Source of the DNA: Nitrospiraceae bacterium
GTDB taxonomy: Bacteria > Nitrospirota > Nitrospiria > Nitrospirales > Nitrospiraceae
Reading direction: 5' to 3'
NCBI GenBank assembly: GCA_050246315.1
Contig: JBFWWG010000003.1
Location: 128,001 to 192,000, forward strand
DNA length: 64,000 nt
In this document: positions 1 to 10,856 of the stretch, piece by piece
Layout: each line of letters begins with the position of its first letter
How positions within the stretch are numbered: the first letter of the stretch is position 1
The notes under the pieces: model-generated
Databases searched by the model: none
What the model was told of the DNA's origin: nothing
The model's input: the letters and a program-made list of their open reading frames with translations, nothing else
Program-made: the position numbers and the translations under genes

Positions 1-2
1 TC

Positions 3-92
3 CAGGAGTTCAAGCTCACTGGCCAGGTACAGTACCCCTCCGCCTGGCTCCAACAGCGTACGGCCAAACCTGAAACCAATCCCTCAAAGTAG
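3..92 (+). CDS. 3' end of a CDS entering the window (partial, product unknown)
   Basis: Open frame QEFKLTGQVQYPSAWLQQRTAKPETNPSK ends at TAG 90-92, overlapping the AGGAGA RBS of the next gene. Confidence 0.5.
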   Translation, partial: QEFKLTGQVQYPSAWLQQRTAKPETNPSK

Positions 93-103
93 GAGACAGA
101 CAT

Positions 104-415
104 ATGGTGTTGCTCGAAGTCAGCATGTCGCCGTTGGGCAAAGGCGAAAGCGTGGGCAAGTACGTCGCCCGCTCGCTGGAGATCATCGACAAGAGCGGTG
201 TGGATTACCGGCTAAACCCGATGGGCACGGTGCTGGAAGGGGAGTGGGACGAGGTGATGGCGGTCGTGGAACAATGTTACGAACGGATGCGTAAGGACTG
301 CAACCGCATCTCCTGCTCCATCAAGATCGACTATCGCAAGGGAGCCAGAGGCAGGCTCAACAGCAAGGTGGCCAGCGTCCAGAAACGGCTCAAACGGACA
401 CTCAAAACGTCATAG
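104..415 (+). CDS. MTH1187/YqgV family (UPF0045) thiamine-binding protein
   Basis: SMSPLGKGESVGKYVA...YRLNPMGTVLEGEWDEVM...IKIDYR pattern; RBS AGGAGA. Confidence 0.9.
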   Translation: MVLLEVSMSPLGKGESVGKYVARSLEIIDKSGVDYRLNPMGTVLEGEWDEVMAVVEQCYERMRKDCNRISCSIKIDYRKGARGRLNSKVASVQKRLKRTLKTS

Positions 416-440
416 CAACCGCCGACAGGGCCCGGTGTCG

Positions 441-926
441 TTACCAGCGACGGTCCCAGTTGCGGTAGCGGGGCCCGAAGTACGGAGGTCTCCAGAGATA
501 CGGTCGATAGAACGAGGAGGGACCGTACAGCCAGGGACGGCCGATGTAGAGACCGAATCCGATCGGCGGGATGACGGAGGCAGAGCCGTAGTAGGTAGAA
601 CCGAACGGAGCGTAGCCATAGGCACCCGGCACAACGACCGGCGGCCGATGGTCCAACGACCGTTGGAGATCCGCTGTGGCTTCGGCTTGGCGATCAACCT
701 GGTCCGCTAGCCGGCCTAGGGCACCGCGCTGGTCCCGTAACTGCCCTTCAAGCTCGGCTATCTTATCCCGCTGGACCTCGATATAGGCCCGAAGGCAGCG
801 CGTTTGAGCCGCTCCCTCATAGCCGGTGCATTCCCACGGGATCGAGCCGTCGCCCGCATCGGCTGGAAGCGTGCTGAACACCAGCCATCCGACAATCGCA
901 CCGATGATTCTCCATTGAATGAGCAT
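441..926 (-). CDS. Exported hypothetical protein (signal peptide, Cys pair, coiled coil, Tyr/Pro/Gly-rich tail)
   Basis: Hydrophobic N-terminus ending ADA; CTGYEGAAQTRC; heptad-like IAELEGQLRDQRGALGRL; low-complexity YGP tail. Confidence 0.75.
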   Translation of the reverse strand: MLIQWRIIGAIVGWLVFSTLPADAGDGSIPWECTGYEGAAQTRCLRAYIEVQRDKIAELEGQLRDQRGALGRLADQVDRQAEATADLQRSLDHRPPVVVPGAYGYAPFGSTYYGSASVIPPIGFGLYIGRPWLYGPSSFYRPYLWRPPYFGPRYRNWDRRW

Positions 927-1088
927 GCCTGCCTACCGATCTCTGACTCCAAAGAAAGTCACATCGTGCACCTCATGGCGTGTCTGATGTCGTGCCATCG
1001 TCCTGGATCCTCCCTATTCCACTTTTACGCTATCACATGAGGAGCACCCTTTTCAGGCTTGAGCCACAGAAGTCCCCGTCGAGTGTGG

Positions 1089-1120
1089 GGGAGCTGGGCG
1101 GACCGGGCCGCCCAGCTCCC
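1089..1120 (-). terminator. 13-bp GC-rich hairpin downstream of the PPIase gene (possible terminator or stabiliser, no U-tract)
   Basis: GGGAGCTGGGCGG-ACCGGG-CCGCCCAGCTCCC perfect inverted repeat 16 nt past the stop. Confidence 0.55.
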
Positions 1121-1136
1121 ATCTGGTTGAATCGAC

Positions 1137-1814
1137 TTACTGCTTGACGATGTCCAGCAGTTCGACCTCAAAAACCAATGTGGCACCAGGCTTGATGTCC
1201 GGCGGCGCTCCACGATCGCCATAGGCGAGGTTCGAGGGACAGACCAATCGGCTCTTTCCGCCGACCTTGATGTGCTGCAATCCTTCGGTCCAACACTTGA
1301 TGACGTTGCTGAGCGGGAAGGTCGCCGGTTCCTTTCGTTGCACCGAACTGTCGAACACCGTCCCGTCGATCAGGGTTCCATGATAATGCACTTTGACGGT
1401 GTCGGTGGCCTGAGGCGTGGCGCCTTTCCCCGGCGTAATGGCTTTGACGATGGCGCCCGATTCTGTTTTGGTCGCACCCGGTTCAGCCGCCGCCTTGGCC
1501 AGATACGCCGCACCCGTCTTCTTCTCGGCCTCGGCAAGCACCGAAGCCCGGGCCGTTTGCAGTTGTTTGACCTTTGGCCCGAACGCCTGAAAGTCCACCT
1601 TGGCGGGCTTTTTGAGCACACCGTCGGTGATGCCGCTCTTGACGAACTCGAGTTCGGCCTCGCTGAGCGCAAAGGTCCCGAGCGATTGGCTGATCGCCAG
1701 ACCCAGGGCATAGAGTGTTTTTTGATCGTCGGTCGTCGGGTCGGCGGCAGCCGCAACGCCGCCGGTGAGTCCAAGACCGATGACCGCCGACATGATCAGA
1801 ACGGAGCATCGCAT
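1137..1814 (-). CDS. fkpA: FKBP-type peptidyl-prolyl cis-trans isomerase (FkpA/Mip-like, exported)
   Basis: Signal peptide; YALG N-terminal domain; VHYHGTLIDGTVFDSS, VIKCWTEGL, LAYG, TLVFEVELL motifs. Confidence 0.93.
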   Translation of the reverse strand: MRCSVLIMSAVIGLGLTGGVAAAADPTTDDQKTLYALGLAISQSLGTFALSEAELEFVKSGITDGVLKKPAKVDFQAFGPKVKQLQTARASVLAEAEKKTGAAYLAKAAAEPGATKTESGAIVKAITPGKGATPQATDTVKVHYHGTLIDGTVFDSSVQRKEPATFPLSNVIKCWTEGLQHIKVGGKSRLVCPSNLAYGDRGAPPDIKPGATLVFEVELLDIVKQ

Positions 1815-2085
1815 GAGTGATCCTTTCTTGTAAGTGACGTAGGATGGGGGAAGCGCCCGGGTCGTAGACCCAGGGACATGGAACAGTCGCGTTACACCTT
1901 ACCATAGCGACAGGACTGCGTCCCAGCCATTATGCGATCACGATCGGTGGCTGACAGGAAGCGAGTCGGCCTTCTGGAACGACATAATTCCGTCAACAAC
2001 CCGATGATCAGAGAAACGAGCGAGCCTCACCGACAGTCTCTCTGGGGCCGAGATTTCGGGAGCAGGTCCGCCGGGGATCGTCGTA

Positions 2086-2937
2086 TCACGGAACTTCGAA
2101 AGTCAGAACCATCCCTCTCGAAGCGTGAGACCGGTGTGTGTTCGGATTGGGGAAGAGGGAGATCAGCGAATACCGTCCAAAGGGAAGTCCGGCGGTAAAC
2201 ACCCCTTCTCCGCCGAGCTCCAGCCCGCTCATTCCGCCCGCCAACTGCCACGGCCAAAGAGGGAAGGGAAGAAGTCGGCATCGGCGCTGCCGCCACACGA
2301 TCATCGGGTACGTCGGGATTCAGCCTGACTAAAACAGACCCGATGCACTTGGGTGCCCTGATTTTTGACGTAAAAGGTGTGCAGGCTCAACTTGATCGGC
2401 TCAATCACCGCGACCTCATAGTCCAGGAGTGAGAGGTGGTTGTTCGCCGCAATCGAGCGTGTCCGGCCTTCCCGCTCGATCACTGTGAGAGCCTTGTGCA
2501 TACCGAGCACGACATGAGCCCGTATGGTCCATGCTGGGAATGGTGCCGAGCAGGACGTACGCGCCTGCCTCCAAATAGACCGTCGCCTCGGCACACCCTC
2601 TCGGGCCGATGCCGTTGGGCCCACCCATGTGCCTCGCCCAGTGCGGCAGACATCCTCTCTCGGCTTGCCACGCCGCGACGAGGTGATCCACGTTCATCTC
2701 GTCGGTCAATTTGACAAGCTAGATGTGATGCGGTTGCTGTCCGTCATTCAACAGGCGGACAACCGTCTGTCCCGCCGGCAACTGCTCCGGCCCGTCGAAT
2801 ACGTAGTCCGACGCATGGAACGTCGCGACAGTCGTGGTTCCTGTGATGGGAGGAATGAGGAGGTCGGAGGCACAGCCTGCCACCAGGATAGAAAGAGAGA
2901 GGACGAGGGGAAGAAAGCCGTGACCAGCTCTCGCCAT
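2086..2937 (-). pseudogene. Decayed two-domain cupredoxin-like lipoprotein (in-frame TAG plus several frameshifts)
   Basis: Lipobox VAGC; two repeats of N.G.Q.H...LV(K/R)L...GG..G...G.Y.L...P....H...GM spread over ORFs 2719-2937, 2416-2709, 2301-2624 and 2086-2304; TAG at 2719-2721. Confidence 0.8.
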
Positions 2938-3191
2938 AACGACAACCGCTGACCTGGTGGCTCGCCAGATGGTTCTCCCCTTGACTGGAGAACTCTTTCT
3001 GGTGAAGGAACGTGAGCCTCCTTATACGCCCGTTAGAACAATATTGGCCATAGCGAGGTGCCGGACAGGAGCCACGGCCGACCAACTCATTGGTAGGAGC
3101 CAGCGCTTGTTAGGGAATGGCTGAATCGTGTGAGCCCGTGGGTTCCCCAAGTTCAGAATGGTTTTTCAACTACCTGCTGGAAACGCAGGCG

Positions 3192-4355
3192 TTACTCAAC
3201 ATACGAGCGACGTACCCGCGCACCAATCCCACAGAGCACTTCGTAGGGGATCGTCCCTTGCCCTTGCGCCAGATCCAAGGCAGTGATCCGTTCGGCCCCC
3301 TCTGCACCGATCACTACCACATCTGTGCCGACCTGGGCTTCCGGGATTTCTGTGATATCCACCATGGTCATATCCATGCAGATTCGACCGACCACCGGCG
3401 CTCGCTTCCCCGCAAGGAGCACCGTTCCTTTGTTCGAGAGCATCCGATTGTACCCGTCGGCGTAGCCGAGTGGGAGGACGGCGATCCGAGTTTGACGCGA
3501 AGCCCGAAACGTGCGATTGTAGCTGACGGATTCACCTGACCGCAGGCTCCGAACCTGGACAACCTGCGTGAGAAGCGATAACACCGGCCGCAACGCGACC
3601 TCCACCTCCTGCCCCACGGAATAATGATACCCATAGAGGCCGATCCCGGGCCGGACCGCATCCAGGTGGGAGGCAGGAAAGCGAAGGATGCCGGCGGTGT
3701 TGGCCACATGCGCCAGCGCCACATTCACGCCGGCGCGCCGGATTTGTTCCAGGAGGCCGGTGAACTGCGCAAGCTGGCCTTGTGTGTAGGATCGATCCTC
3801 ACTGTCTGCATCGGCGAAGTGGCTCATCACCCCGTCTAATCGCAGAGGCCCCTTGAAGGCGGGAGATTGCAGGAGATCCAGCAGGCGATCCCGTCCCACC
3901 CCCAGCCGCCCCATCCCGGTGTCCACCTCGACGTGGACCGGGTAGGGGACTGCCTCATCCCGAAGCCGCATCACAAGGTCGCGAGCAAACTCCTCGCTGT
4001 AAATAACCGGGGTCAGCCGATGCGACACCAGGTCGTGAATTTCTCCCTGTACGAGCGGTCCCATCAGGATGATACCGACATCGATCCTCGCCTCTCTGAG
4101 TTGGATGCCTTCCGCGAGAGTCGCCACGCCCAATAGCGTGACACCAGCTTGTACGAGGGCTCGCGAGACGGCCACCGCGCCATGTCCATAGGCATTGGCT
4201 TTGACAATGCCGATCACCCGGCAAGATGGAGCTAACCGGCTGCGAAGACACCGGAGATTGTGGGTCAAGACCCCGAGATCAATAACGCATCGAGTTGGAG
4301 AGGCAGGATGAGTGGGCAGCACGCGACTGATATAGGAGGAGGCAGAGGTGGTCAA
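3192..4355 (-). CDS. alr: Alanine racemase
   Basis: VKANAYGHG PLP-lysine motif, DTGMGRLG, GYADG, GRICMD, TIPYEVLC; TTG start overlaps the frr stop. Confidence 0.97.
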   Translation of the reverse strand: MTTSASSYISRVLPTHPASPTRCVIDLGVLTHNLRCLRSRLAPSCRVIGIVKANAYGHGAVAVSRALVQAGVTLLGVATLAEGIQLREARIDVGIILMGPLVQGEIHDLVSHRLTPVIYSEEFARDLVMRLRDEAVPYPVHVEVDTGMGRLGVGRDRLLDLLQSPAFKGPLRLDGVMSHFADADSEDRSYTQGQLAQFTGLLEQIRRAGVNVALAHVANTAGILRFPASHLDAVRPGIGLYGYHYSVGQEVEVALRPVLSLLTQVVQVRSLRSGESVSYNRTFRASRQTRIAVLPLGYADGYNRMLSNKGTVLLAGKRAPVVGRICMDMTMVDITEIPEAQVGTDVVVIGAEGAERITALDLAQGQGTIPYEVLCGIGARVRRSYVE

Positions 4356-4909
4356 ACTTCGAGAATTTCCTCCTCTTTCTTCTTTAACACATGATCGACC
4401 TTTTCGATATATTGGTCAGTTAGTTTCTGAATTTCGGCCTCGGAGCGGCGCAGATCGTCCTCGCTCATCTTGCCGTCCTTCTGGAGCTTTTTCAGCTCTT
4501 CGTTGGCCTCGCGTCGGACGGTCCTGATGTGTACCTTGGTGTCCTCGCCGTGCTTCTTACAGATCTTGATCAGTTCCCTCCGCCGCTCTTCAGTCAACGG
4601 CGGAAGCGGCACCCGGATCACCTTACCGTCGTTCGACGGCGTCACGCCCAGGTTTGAGGCGGCCAACGCCTTCTCAATTTCTTTGATCAGCTTCACATCC
4701 CACGGCTGGATCGTGATCAAGCGCGGCTCCGGCGTCGACAAGGTGCCGACCTGTTTCAACGGGGTCACGGTGCCGTAATAATCCACCTTGACGTTGTCGA
4801 GCAGTGCGATGGAAGCCCGCCCCGTGCGCATGGTACTCAATTCCCGCTTCAGATGTTCGAGGGTGCGTTCCATCCCCTCCGTCGTCTTTTGATGAACCAG
4901 ATGTGCCAT
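4352..4909 (-). CDS. frr: Ribosome recycling factor
   Basis: RTGRAS, VDYYG, PPLTEERR; 185 aa; follows pyrH. Confidence 0.98.
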   Translation of the reverse strand: MAHLVHQKTTEGMERTLEHLKRELSTMRTGRASIALLDNVKVDYYGTVTPLKQVGTLSTPEPRLITIQPWDVKLIKEIEKALAASNLGVTPSNDGKVIRVPLPPLTEERRRELIKICKKHGEDTKVHIRTVRREANEELKKLQKDGKMSEDDLRRSEAEIQKLTDQYIEKVDHVLKKKEEEILEV

Positions 4910-4946
4910 GGCCGTTGTCCTACGCCCCGATCATAAGATTCGACCG

Positions 4947-5668
4947 CTATTGCGGTCCCGCCGTCACTAACGTGCCTACGACCTCTCCCTGCATGATCCG
5001 CTTGAGATTGCCCCGCTGTTTGAGGTTGAACACGATCAGCGGCAGGTTGTTGTCCATGCACAGCGTGACAGCCGTGGAATCCATCACCTTCAAGTTTTGA
5101 TTGATGAGCGACAAAAACGGCAACCGGTCGAACCGCTTGGCCGTTGGGTTCGTCACCGGATCGGCCTCGTACACGCCGTCCACTTTTGTGCCCTTCATGA
5201 TAACATCGGCGCCAATCTCCATGGCCCGAAGGGCCGCCGCCGTATCGGTCGAAAAATACGGGTTTCCGGTGCCGCCCGCGAAGATCACCACCCGCTTCTT
5301 CTCCAGGTGCCGAATCGCCCGCCTGCGAATGTAGCCCTCGGCCAACTGCCGCATCTCGATGGCCGACTGCACACGAGTCATCACTCCGCGGCGCTCAAGG
5401 CTGTTCTGCAAGGCCAGGGCGTTCAGGACAGTCGCGAGCATCCCCATGTAATCGGCGGAGGCGCGTTCCATGCCCTTGGCGCTGGCGGCAATCCCCCTGA
5501 AAATATTGCCTCCGCCGATGACCAGTGCAATCTCCACATCCATCGCGACGACATCCGCAATCTCTCCCCCAAGGCCGTCCAACACGGAGGGTTGGATTCC
5601 GTACCCTTGGTCTCCTGCCAGCATCTCGCCGCTGACTTTCAGAAGAATGCGCCGGTACTTCGCCGTCG

Positions 5669-5672
<4 letters not shown>
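4947..5672 (-). CDS. pyrH: UMP kinase
   Basis: [37 protein letters not shown]. Confidence 0.98.
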
Positions 5673-6265
<593 letters not shown>

Positions 6266-6332
6266 GGAATCGTCATCCTCGCAGAATCAAAAATGTGAAT
6301 GGTGTTCGGACTCCGGTCAACCGCGCCGATCG

Positions 6333-7115
6333 TTACCGGGCGGCCAAACCGACCACATCGAGCGGAGCCGGCCCGCGCTTTTCCGCGCCCGCTACCAGCG
6401 CGGGAGTTTCCGCTTCCTCGCGTTGTGTGCGGAGGTGAGCGCCTTCGAGACAGGCATCCGCCATGTGGGTCGTAATCAACTTGATGGAACGGATGGCGTC
6501 GTCGTTGCCCGGAATCGGATAGGTGATGAGGTCCGGCTCGCAATTGGTATCGACGATCGCCACAATTGGGATCCCCAACCGGCTCGCCTCCAGCACGGCG
6601 ATGCGCTCGACCCGCGTGTCGAGCACGAACACGCACCCCGGCAGCGACCGCATATTCTTGATGCCGCTGAGATACTTCTCAAGCTTGACGCGATCCTTTT
6701 CCATCTGATTGAGTTCTTTCTTCGTAAGGCCTTGGCGCACCCCACCGTCCGCCAGCGTCGCTTCCATCTTCTTCAGCTTCTCGATGCTTCGTCGAATGGT
6801 TTGGAAGTTGGTGAGCATGCCGCCCAGCCAACGCTGGTTGACGAAAAACATGTTAGCCCGCTTGGCTTCCTCTTCCAGCACGTCGGCCGCCTGCCGTTTG
6901 GTCCCGATGAACAGGACGGAGTCCCCGTTGGCCACCGTATCGCGGATGAAGGCATAGGCCTGTTCCAGCCGTTCCAAGGATTGCTGCAAGTCGATGATGT
7001 AGATCCCGTTGCGCTCGCCAAAGATGAACCGCTTCATCTTCGGATTCCACCGGTTGGTCTGGTGTCCGAAATGCACACCGGCTTCCAGTAGATCCTTCAA
7101 TGTGACTTCTCCCAT
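6333..7115 (-). CDS. rpsB: 30S ribosomal protein S2
   Basis: [32 protein letters not shown]; start placed at ATG 7115 after SD AAGGAGGTGA. Confidence 0.98.
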   Translation of the reverse strand: MGEVTLKDLLEAGVHFGHQTNRWNPKMKRFIFGERNGIYIIDLQQSLERLEQAYAFIRDTVANGDSVLFIGTKRQAADVLEEEAKRANMFFVNQRWLGGMLTNFQTIRRSIEKLKKMEATLADGGVRQGLTKKELNQMEKDRVKLEKYLSGIKNMRSLPGCVFVLDTRVERIAVLEASRLGIPIVAIVDTNCEPDLITYPIPGNDDAIRSIKLITTHMADACLEGAHLRTQREEAETPALVAGAEKRGPAPLDVVGLAAR

Positions 7116-7293
7116 ACCCTCACCTCCTTCCCCGCCTGCGGAACACCGATCTGGCCGACCGGCGAGGGATCCACGATCCCTTGCTCCCAAGCGAGCGGCG
7201 TGTCAGACGCCGATTTCAATTTAATTGTGGATGCGACAGGCCTATTCCCCTCGCATCATCTCGATTTCCCGTCACAATTTGTCAGAACGCGAG

Positions 7294-7322
7294 AGCCTAG
7301 CATGGCGGCTCTGCCTTTTCAA
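7294..7322 (-). promoter_or_regulatory. Sigma-70-type promoter for rpsB-tsf-pyrH-frr-alr
   Basis: TTGAAA-N17-TAGGCT with TGn extension on the minus strand. Confidence 0.55.
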
Positions 7323-7353
7323 GCCGATGGCGCAACGGATCGGCGCACGTCAC

Positions 7354-8559
7354 TTAGGATCGGTAACTGGCATTGATCCGAACATACTCATAGGACAAGT
7401 CGGTGGTCCACATCCGGCTCGATCCAGTCCCCAGTCCGACATCGACTTCGATGCGAATTTCCTTCCGCCGGAAGACCTTGGCCACTCGCCGCTCGGCTGC
7501 GTGACCGAGCCCCTTCCCGTGACGGCAAATCGGCACGCCGCTGAAGGAGAGGCTGATCCGTTCCGGCTTGAGCAGGGGGCCGGCCCGGCCGATGGCCGCC
7601 ATCACCCGTCCCCAGTTGGCATCCTCGCCAAACAGGGCGGTCTTGACCAGACAGGAGGTGGCGATGGTCTGAGCAATCCTGCGCGCATCAGGTCCATGTT
7701 TCGCCCCCGTGACCACGATTTCGACGAACTTCGTCAATCCTTCACCGTCCCGACAGACCTGGAGCGCGAGGTTCTCGCAGGCGGCTCGCAATAGGCCCTC
7801 GAAGGCCCTGAACGCCGGGGAGCCTGCTCGAATAGTTCGATTCCCTGCCATTCCGTTCGCCAGACACAACACGGTGTCGTTGGTGCTGGTATCGCCGTCC
7901 ACTGAGATGCAATTAAACGACTCATCCACGGCCCGCCTCAGGGCTCGCTGCAGGGCCGGCTGGACGATGGCCGCATCGGTCGAAAAGTACGCCAGCATCG
8001 TGGCCATATTTGGGTGAATCATGCCGGACCCCTTGGCCATTCCACCAATCGTGATCACGGCCCCTCCGATCCTTTGCCTGAACGCCACCTCCTTCATGCG
8101 GGTATCTGTTGTCATGATGGCTTTGGCTGCCTCCGCTCCGCCGCGGCGACGCAACCGCGTGACTAGGCGGGGAAACCCGGCGCGGATCCGCTCGATCGGC
8201 AGTGGTGCACCGATGACGCCGGTCGATCCAATGAAGATGTGGTGCGGAGGGATGTCGAACTGGTCCGCTGCCAGACGGACCATCTCTCGCGCTGCGCGCA
8301 TCCCTTGAGCACCGGTGCAGACGTTCGCACATCCGCTGTTGACGAGCAGAGCCCGGCCGATCTTGCCGGCCAAATGCGCCCGATCGACCGTCACCGGTGC
8401 GGCCACCACCTGATTGGTCGTAAACACTCCGGCGATGGGGCCGGATCGTTCAGACAGCACCAGCGCGAGGTCCAAATGCGGCGACTTCTTGATGCCGCAA
8501 TGAATGCCGGCGGCAACCCAGCCGACCGGCGCGGTGATTCCCCCACGACTCAGCTTCAT
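7354..8559 (-). CDS. argJ: Bifunctional glutamate N-acetyltransferase / amino-acid acetyltransferase
   Basis: AIMTTDT, KGSGMIHPNMATML (autocleavage motif), DGDTSTND, DANWGR, YVRINASYRS. Confidence 0.97.
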   Translation of the reverse strand: MKLSRGGITAPVGWVAAGIHCGIKKSPHLDLALVLSERSGPIAGVFTTNQVVAAPVTVDRAHLAGKIGRALLVNSGCANVCTGAQGMRAAREMVRLAADQFDIPPHHIFIGSTGVIGAPLPIERIRAGFPRLVTRLRRRGGAEAAKAIMTTDTRMKEVAFRQRIGGAVITIGGMAKGSGMIHPNMATMLAYFSTDAAIVQPALQRALRRAVDESFNCISVDGDTSTNDTVLCLANGMAGNRTIRAGSPAFRAFEGLLRAACENLALQVCRDGEGLTKFVEIVVTGAKHGPDARRIAQTIATSCLVKTALFGEDANWGRVMAAIGRAGPLLKPERISLSFSGVPICRHGKGLGHAAERRVAKVFRRKEIRIEVDVGLGTGSSRMWTTDLSYEYVRINASYRS

Positions 8560-8613
8560 GGTGGTCCCTTGTGTGAAGATGAATGAACGGGGAGACAGAA
8601 CTGGAAAAACCCG

Positions 8614-9693
8614 TCACGGAAACAGGCCGGCGGACAAGAGTCCCGTCTCTTCGGGATACCCCAGCATGACGTTCAGCGCCTGGATCGCTTGGCCTGCAGC
8701 TCCCTTCACCAGATTGTCCAGCGCGGCGACCGTCACGACCGACCCGGTCCGGCGGTCGAGATGTACGGAAAGGTCGCAGAAGTTGGAGCCGCGGACATGC
8801 CGCGGATTGGCCGCCTTCTCCCCCTCTTGAAGCCGTACGAATCGCTCGCCCTTATAGAAGGCTGTATACAACTCCCTAAGTGTCGCCTGATCGATGTCGC
8901 GGGTGAGTCGTGCGTAACCCGTGCTGAGGATACCTCGATTCATCGGGACCAGATGAGGCGTAAAGGTCACGACGACCGGTTCGAATGAGACGGCTCCACG
9001 CTTGGCCAGCAACCCCAGTTCCTGTTCGATCTCTGGAATATGCCGGTGTTGGCCGATCTTGTAGGGCTCGAGCGATTCATGCGCCTCAGGGAAATGATAG
9101 GGCAGAGCCGGGCTCCGGCCGGCTCCGGATATCCCGGATTTTGCGTCGATGACGATGGATCGGAGATCGATCAACCCTTCCGCCACCAGCGGCGCGAATT
9201 GGAGAATGCAGGCCGTCGGATAGCAACCAGGTGACGCCACCAAGGCGGTGTGTTGAATCGCGGTCCGATGCAGTTCCGGCAAGCCGTAGACCGCCTGACG
9301 GAGCAAATCGGGATAGGGGTGCGCCGCTTGATACCAAACCGGATAACTCGCCGCCTCCTTCAGTCTGTAATCGGCGCTGAGGTCCACCACCCGTTTGCCG
9401 GCCTTGAGGCAGGTGGCCACGGCATCAAAGGATTTGGTGTGGGGGAGCGCCAGAAACATCACGTCGGCTCGATCGGGCAATGCCTCGGGGGCGAGCGCTT
9501 CAAAGGTCAGATCCACGATCCCGGTCAGGTGAGGGAAGACCGCTGACGCGCGCGAACCGGCCGATTTCTCGGAGGTTGCCACGGTCAGGTGAAGATACGG
9601 GTGCGCAGTGATCAGCCGCAGGAGTTCACCCCCCGCATAGCCGCTGGCTCCAGCCACTGCGACACGAATCTTCTGCGTCGTCGCTGAGGACAT
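8614..9693 (-). CDS. argC: N-acetyl-gamma-glutamyl-phosphate reductase
   Basis: GASGYAGGEL, DLSADYRL, PGCYPT, SGISGAG, DNLVKGAAGQA; start placed at MSSATT after GGAGAG. Confidence 0.97.
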   Translation of the reverse strand: MSSATTQKIRVAVAGASGYAGGELLRLITAHPYLHLTVATSEKSAGSRASAVFPHLTGIVDLTFEALAPEALPDRADVMFLALPHTKSFDAVATCLKAGKRVVDLSADYRLKEAASYPVWYQAAHPYPDLLRQAVYGLPELHRTAIQHTALVASPGCYPTACILQFAPLVAEGLIDLRSIVIDAKSGISGAGRSPALPYHFPEAHESLEPYKIGQHRHIPEIEQELGLLAKRGAVSFEPVVVTFTPHLVPMNRGILSTGYARLTRDIDQATLRELYTAFYKGERFVRLQEGEKAANPRHVRGSNFCDLSVHLDRRTGSVVTVAALDNLVKGAAGQAIQALNVMLGYPEETGLLSAGLFP

Positions 9694-9727
9694 GCGCATC
9701 TCTCCCGGCGTCTCGGTCGCCGCACAC

Positions 9728-9760
9728 AAAAAAGGGAAGGCCGCTGGACCTTCCCCTTTC
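9728..9760 (-). terminator. Rho-independent terminator of rplM-rpsI
   Basis: Minus strand AAGGGGAAGG-TCCAGCGG-CCTTCCCTTTTTT. Confidence 0.75.
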
Positions 9761-9786
9761 GTCACCGAATTTGGTTTGGTCCTTAG

Positions 9787-9948
9787 CAGGATGTTGAAAC
9801 AGTCCGCCAGAGTTGTTCTCGCATCACTCGGAGGCTCAACGTACCGAAAAGAGCAGGCGTCGTCTCCTCGCTCCCTGCGGCCGCGGAAAGGCGCGTCTCG
9901 ACGTGGCAGGGTTGGGCGGGTGAGATGAGAGCCTTCATGAACATCCTG
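9787..9948. repeat. ~160-bp MITE-like interspersed repeat with terminal inverted repeats
   Basis: Ends CAGGATGTTGA / TGAACATCCTG (10/11 inverted); its right half recurs inverted at 24081-24147. Confidence 0.75.
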
Positions 9949-9990
9949 GGGACCTTTCTGCTCCTACCTGTGACCTCTTGTAACAGGCCC

Positions 9991-10383
9991 TTAGCGCTTG
10001 GAGTACTGGAAGCGACGCCGCGCGCCCTTTTGTCCGTATTTCTTTCGTTCCTTGACGCGGGAATCCCTCGTGAGAAACCCTTCCTTCTTGACCGGCTCCC
10101 TGAGCCCGGTGTTCAAGGTCACAAGCGCCTTGGCAATGCCGTGTCGCAACGCTCCCGCCTGCCCGGCATGCCCGCCCCCCGCCACCGTGGCGCGGACCGA
10201 AAACTTACCGGCCGTGTTACTGACGACAAATGGCAACTGCACCAGGTTCCGGAGTATCTCGCGACCGAAGTACTGCTCAAGCGAGCGATTGTTGACGACG
10301 ATCTCGCCATTGCCGGGGGTGAGCCAGACCCGCGCGACGGCGGTTTTTCGTTTGCCAGTGGCGTATTGAACTGCGGCAGCCAT
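9991..10383 (-). CDS. rpsI: 30S ribosomal protein S9
   Basis: [26 protein letters not shown]-terminal QYSKR. Confidence 0.99.
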   Translation of the reverse strand: MAAAVQYATGKRKTAVARVWLTPGNGEIVVNNRSLEQYFGREILRNLVQLPFVVSNTAGKFSVRATVAGGGHAGQAGALRHGIAKALVTLNTGLREPVKKEGFLTRDSRVKERKKYGQKGARRRFQYSKR

Positions 10384-10427
10384 TCGGATTCGTCCTCCTT
10401 GCGAGTAGGGGTGTATTCCGCGGTCGG

Positions 10428-10856
10428 TTAGAGCGACAACGGCTGAGGTTGTTGTGCCTGGTGCGGATGGGCCGCACCGACATAGACCCTGAGTTTTTTC
10501 GCCAGCTTTTTGCCCAGCGGCGTCTTCGGCAGCATGCCTTCGATCGCGGTGCGCAATAATCTGGTCGGATCCTTGGCGAACACCTGTTCGGCCGTCGCCG
10601 ATTTCAATCCGCCTGGGTATCCTGTGTGATAGGCATAGACCTTGGTCCGCATCTTGTCGCCGGTCAACTTGACTTTCTCGGCGTTGATCACGACCACATG
10701 ATCGCCCATGTCCACGTTCGGGGTGAACGTCGCCCGGTGCTTACCCCTGAGATGGGAGGCGACGCGGGCCGCGAGCCGTCCCAACGTCTTGCCCTCCGCG
10801 TCTACGAGGTGCCAGGTTTCCTGAATTTCCGTCGGCTTTGCCAAATACGTTCGCAT
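10428..10856 (-). CDS. rplM: 50S ribosomal protein L13
   Basis: [42 protein letters not shown]; start ATG 10856. Confidence 0.99.
   Translation of the reverse strand: MRTYLAKPTEIQETWHLVDAEGKTLGRLAARVASHLRGKHRATFTPNVDMGDHVVVINAEKVKLTGDKMRTKVYAYHTGYPGGLKSATAEQVFAKDPTRLLRTAIEGMLPKTPLGKKLAKKLRVYVGAAHPHQAQQPQPLSL

Noticed and set aside
3050..3190. Possible ncRNA (6S-like) downstream of alr
   Set aside because: Could not establish the long central-bubble hairpin by eye; part of it resembles the MITE terminus; an Rfam search would be needed
7354..9693. argC-argJ between ribosomal protein operons as a novel arrangement
   Set aside because: rplM-rpsI-argC linkage is known in other bacteria; ordinary housekeeping synteny
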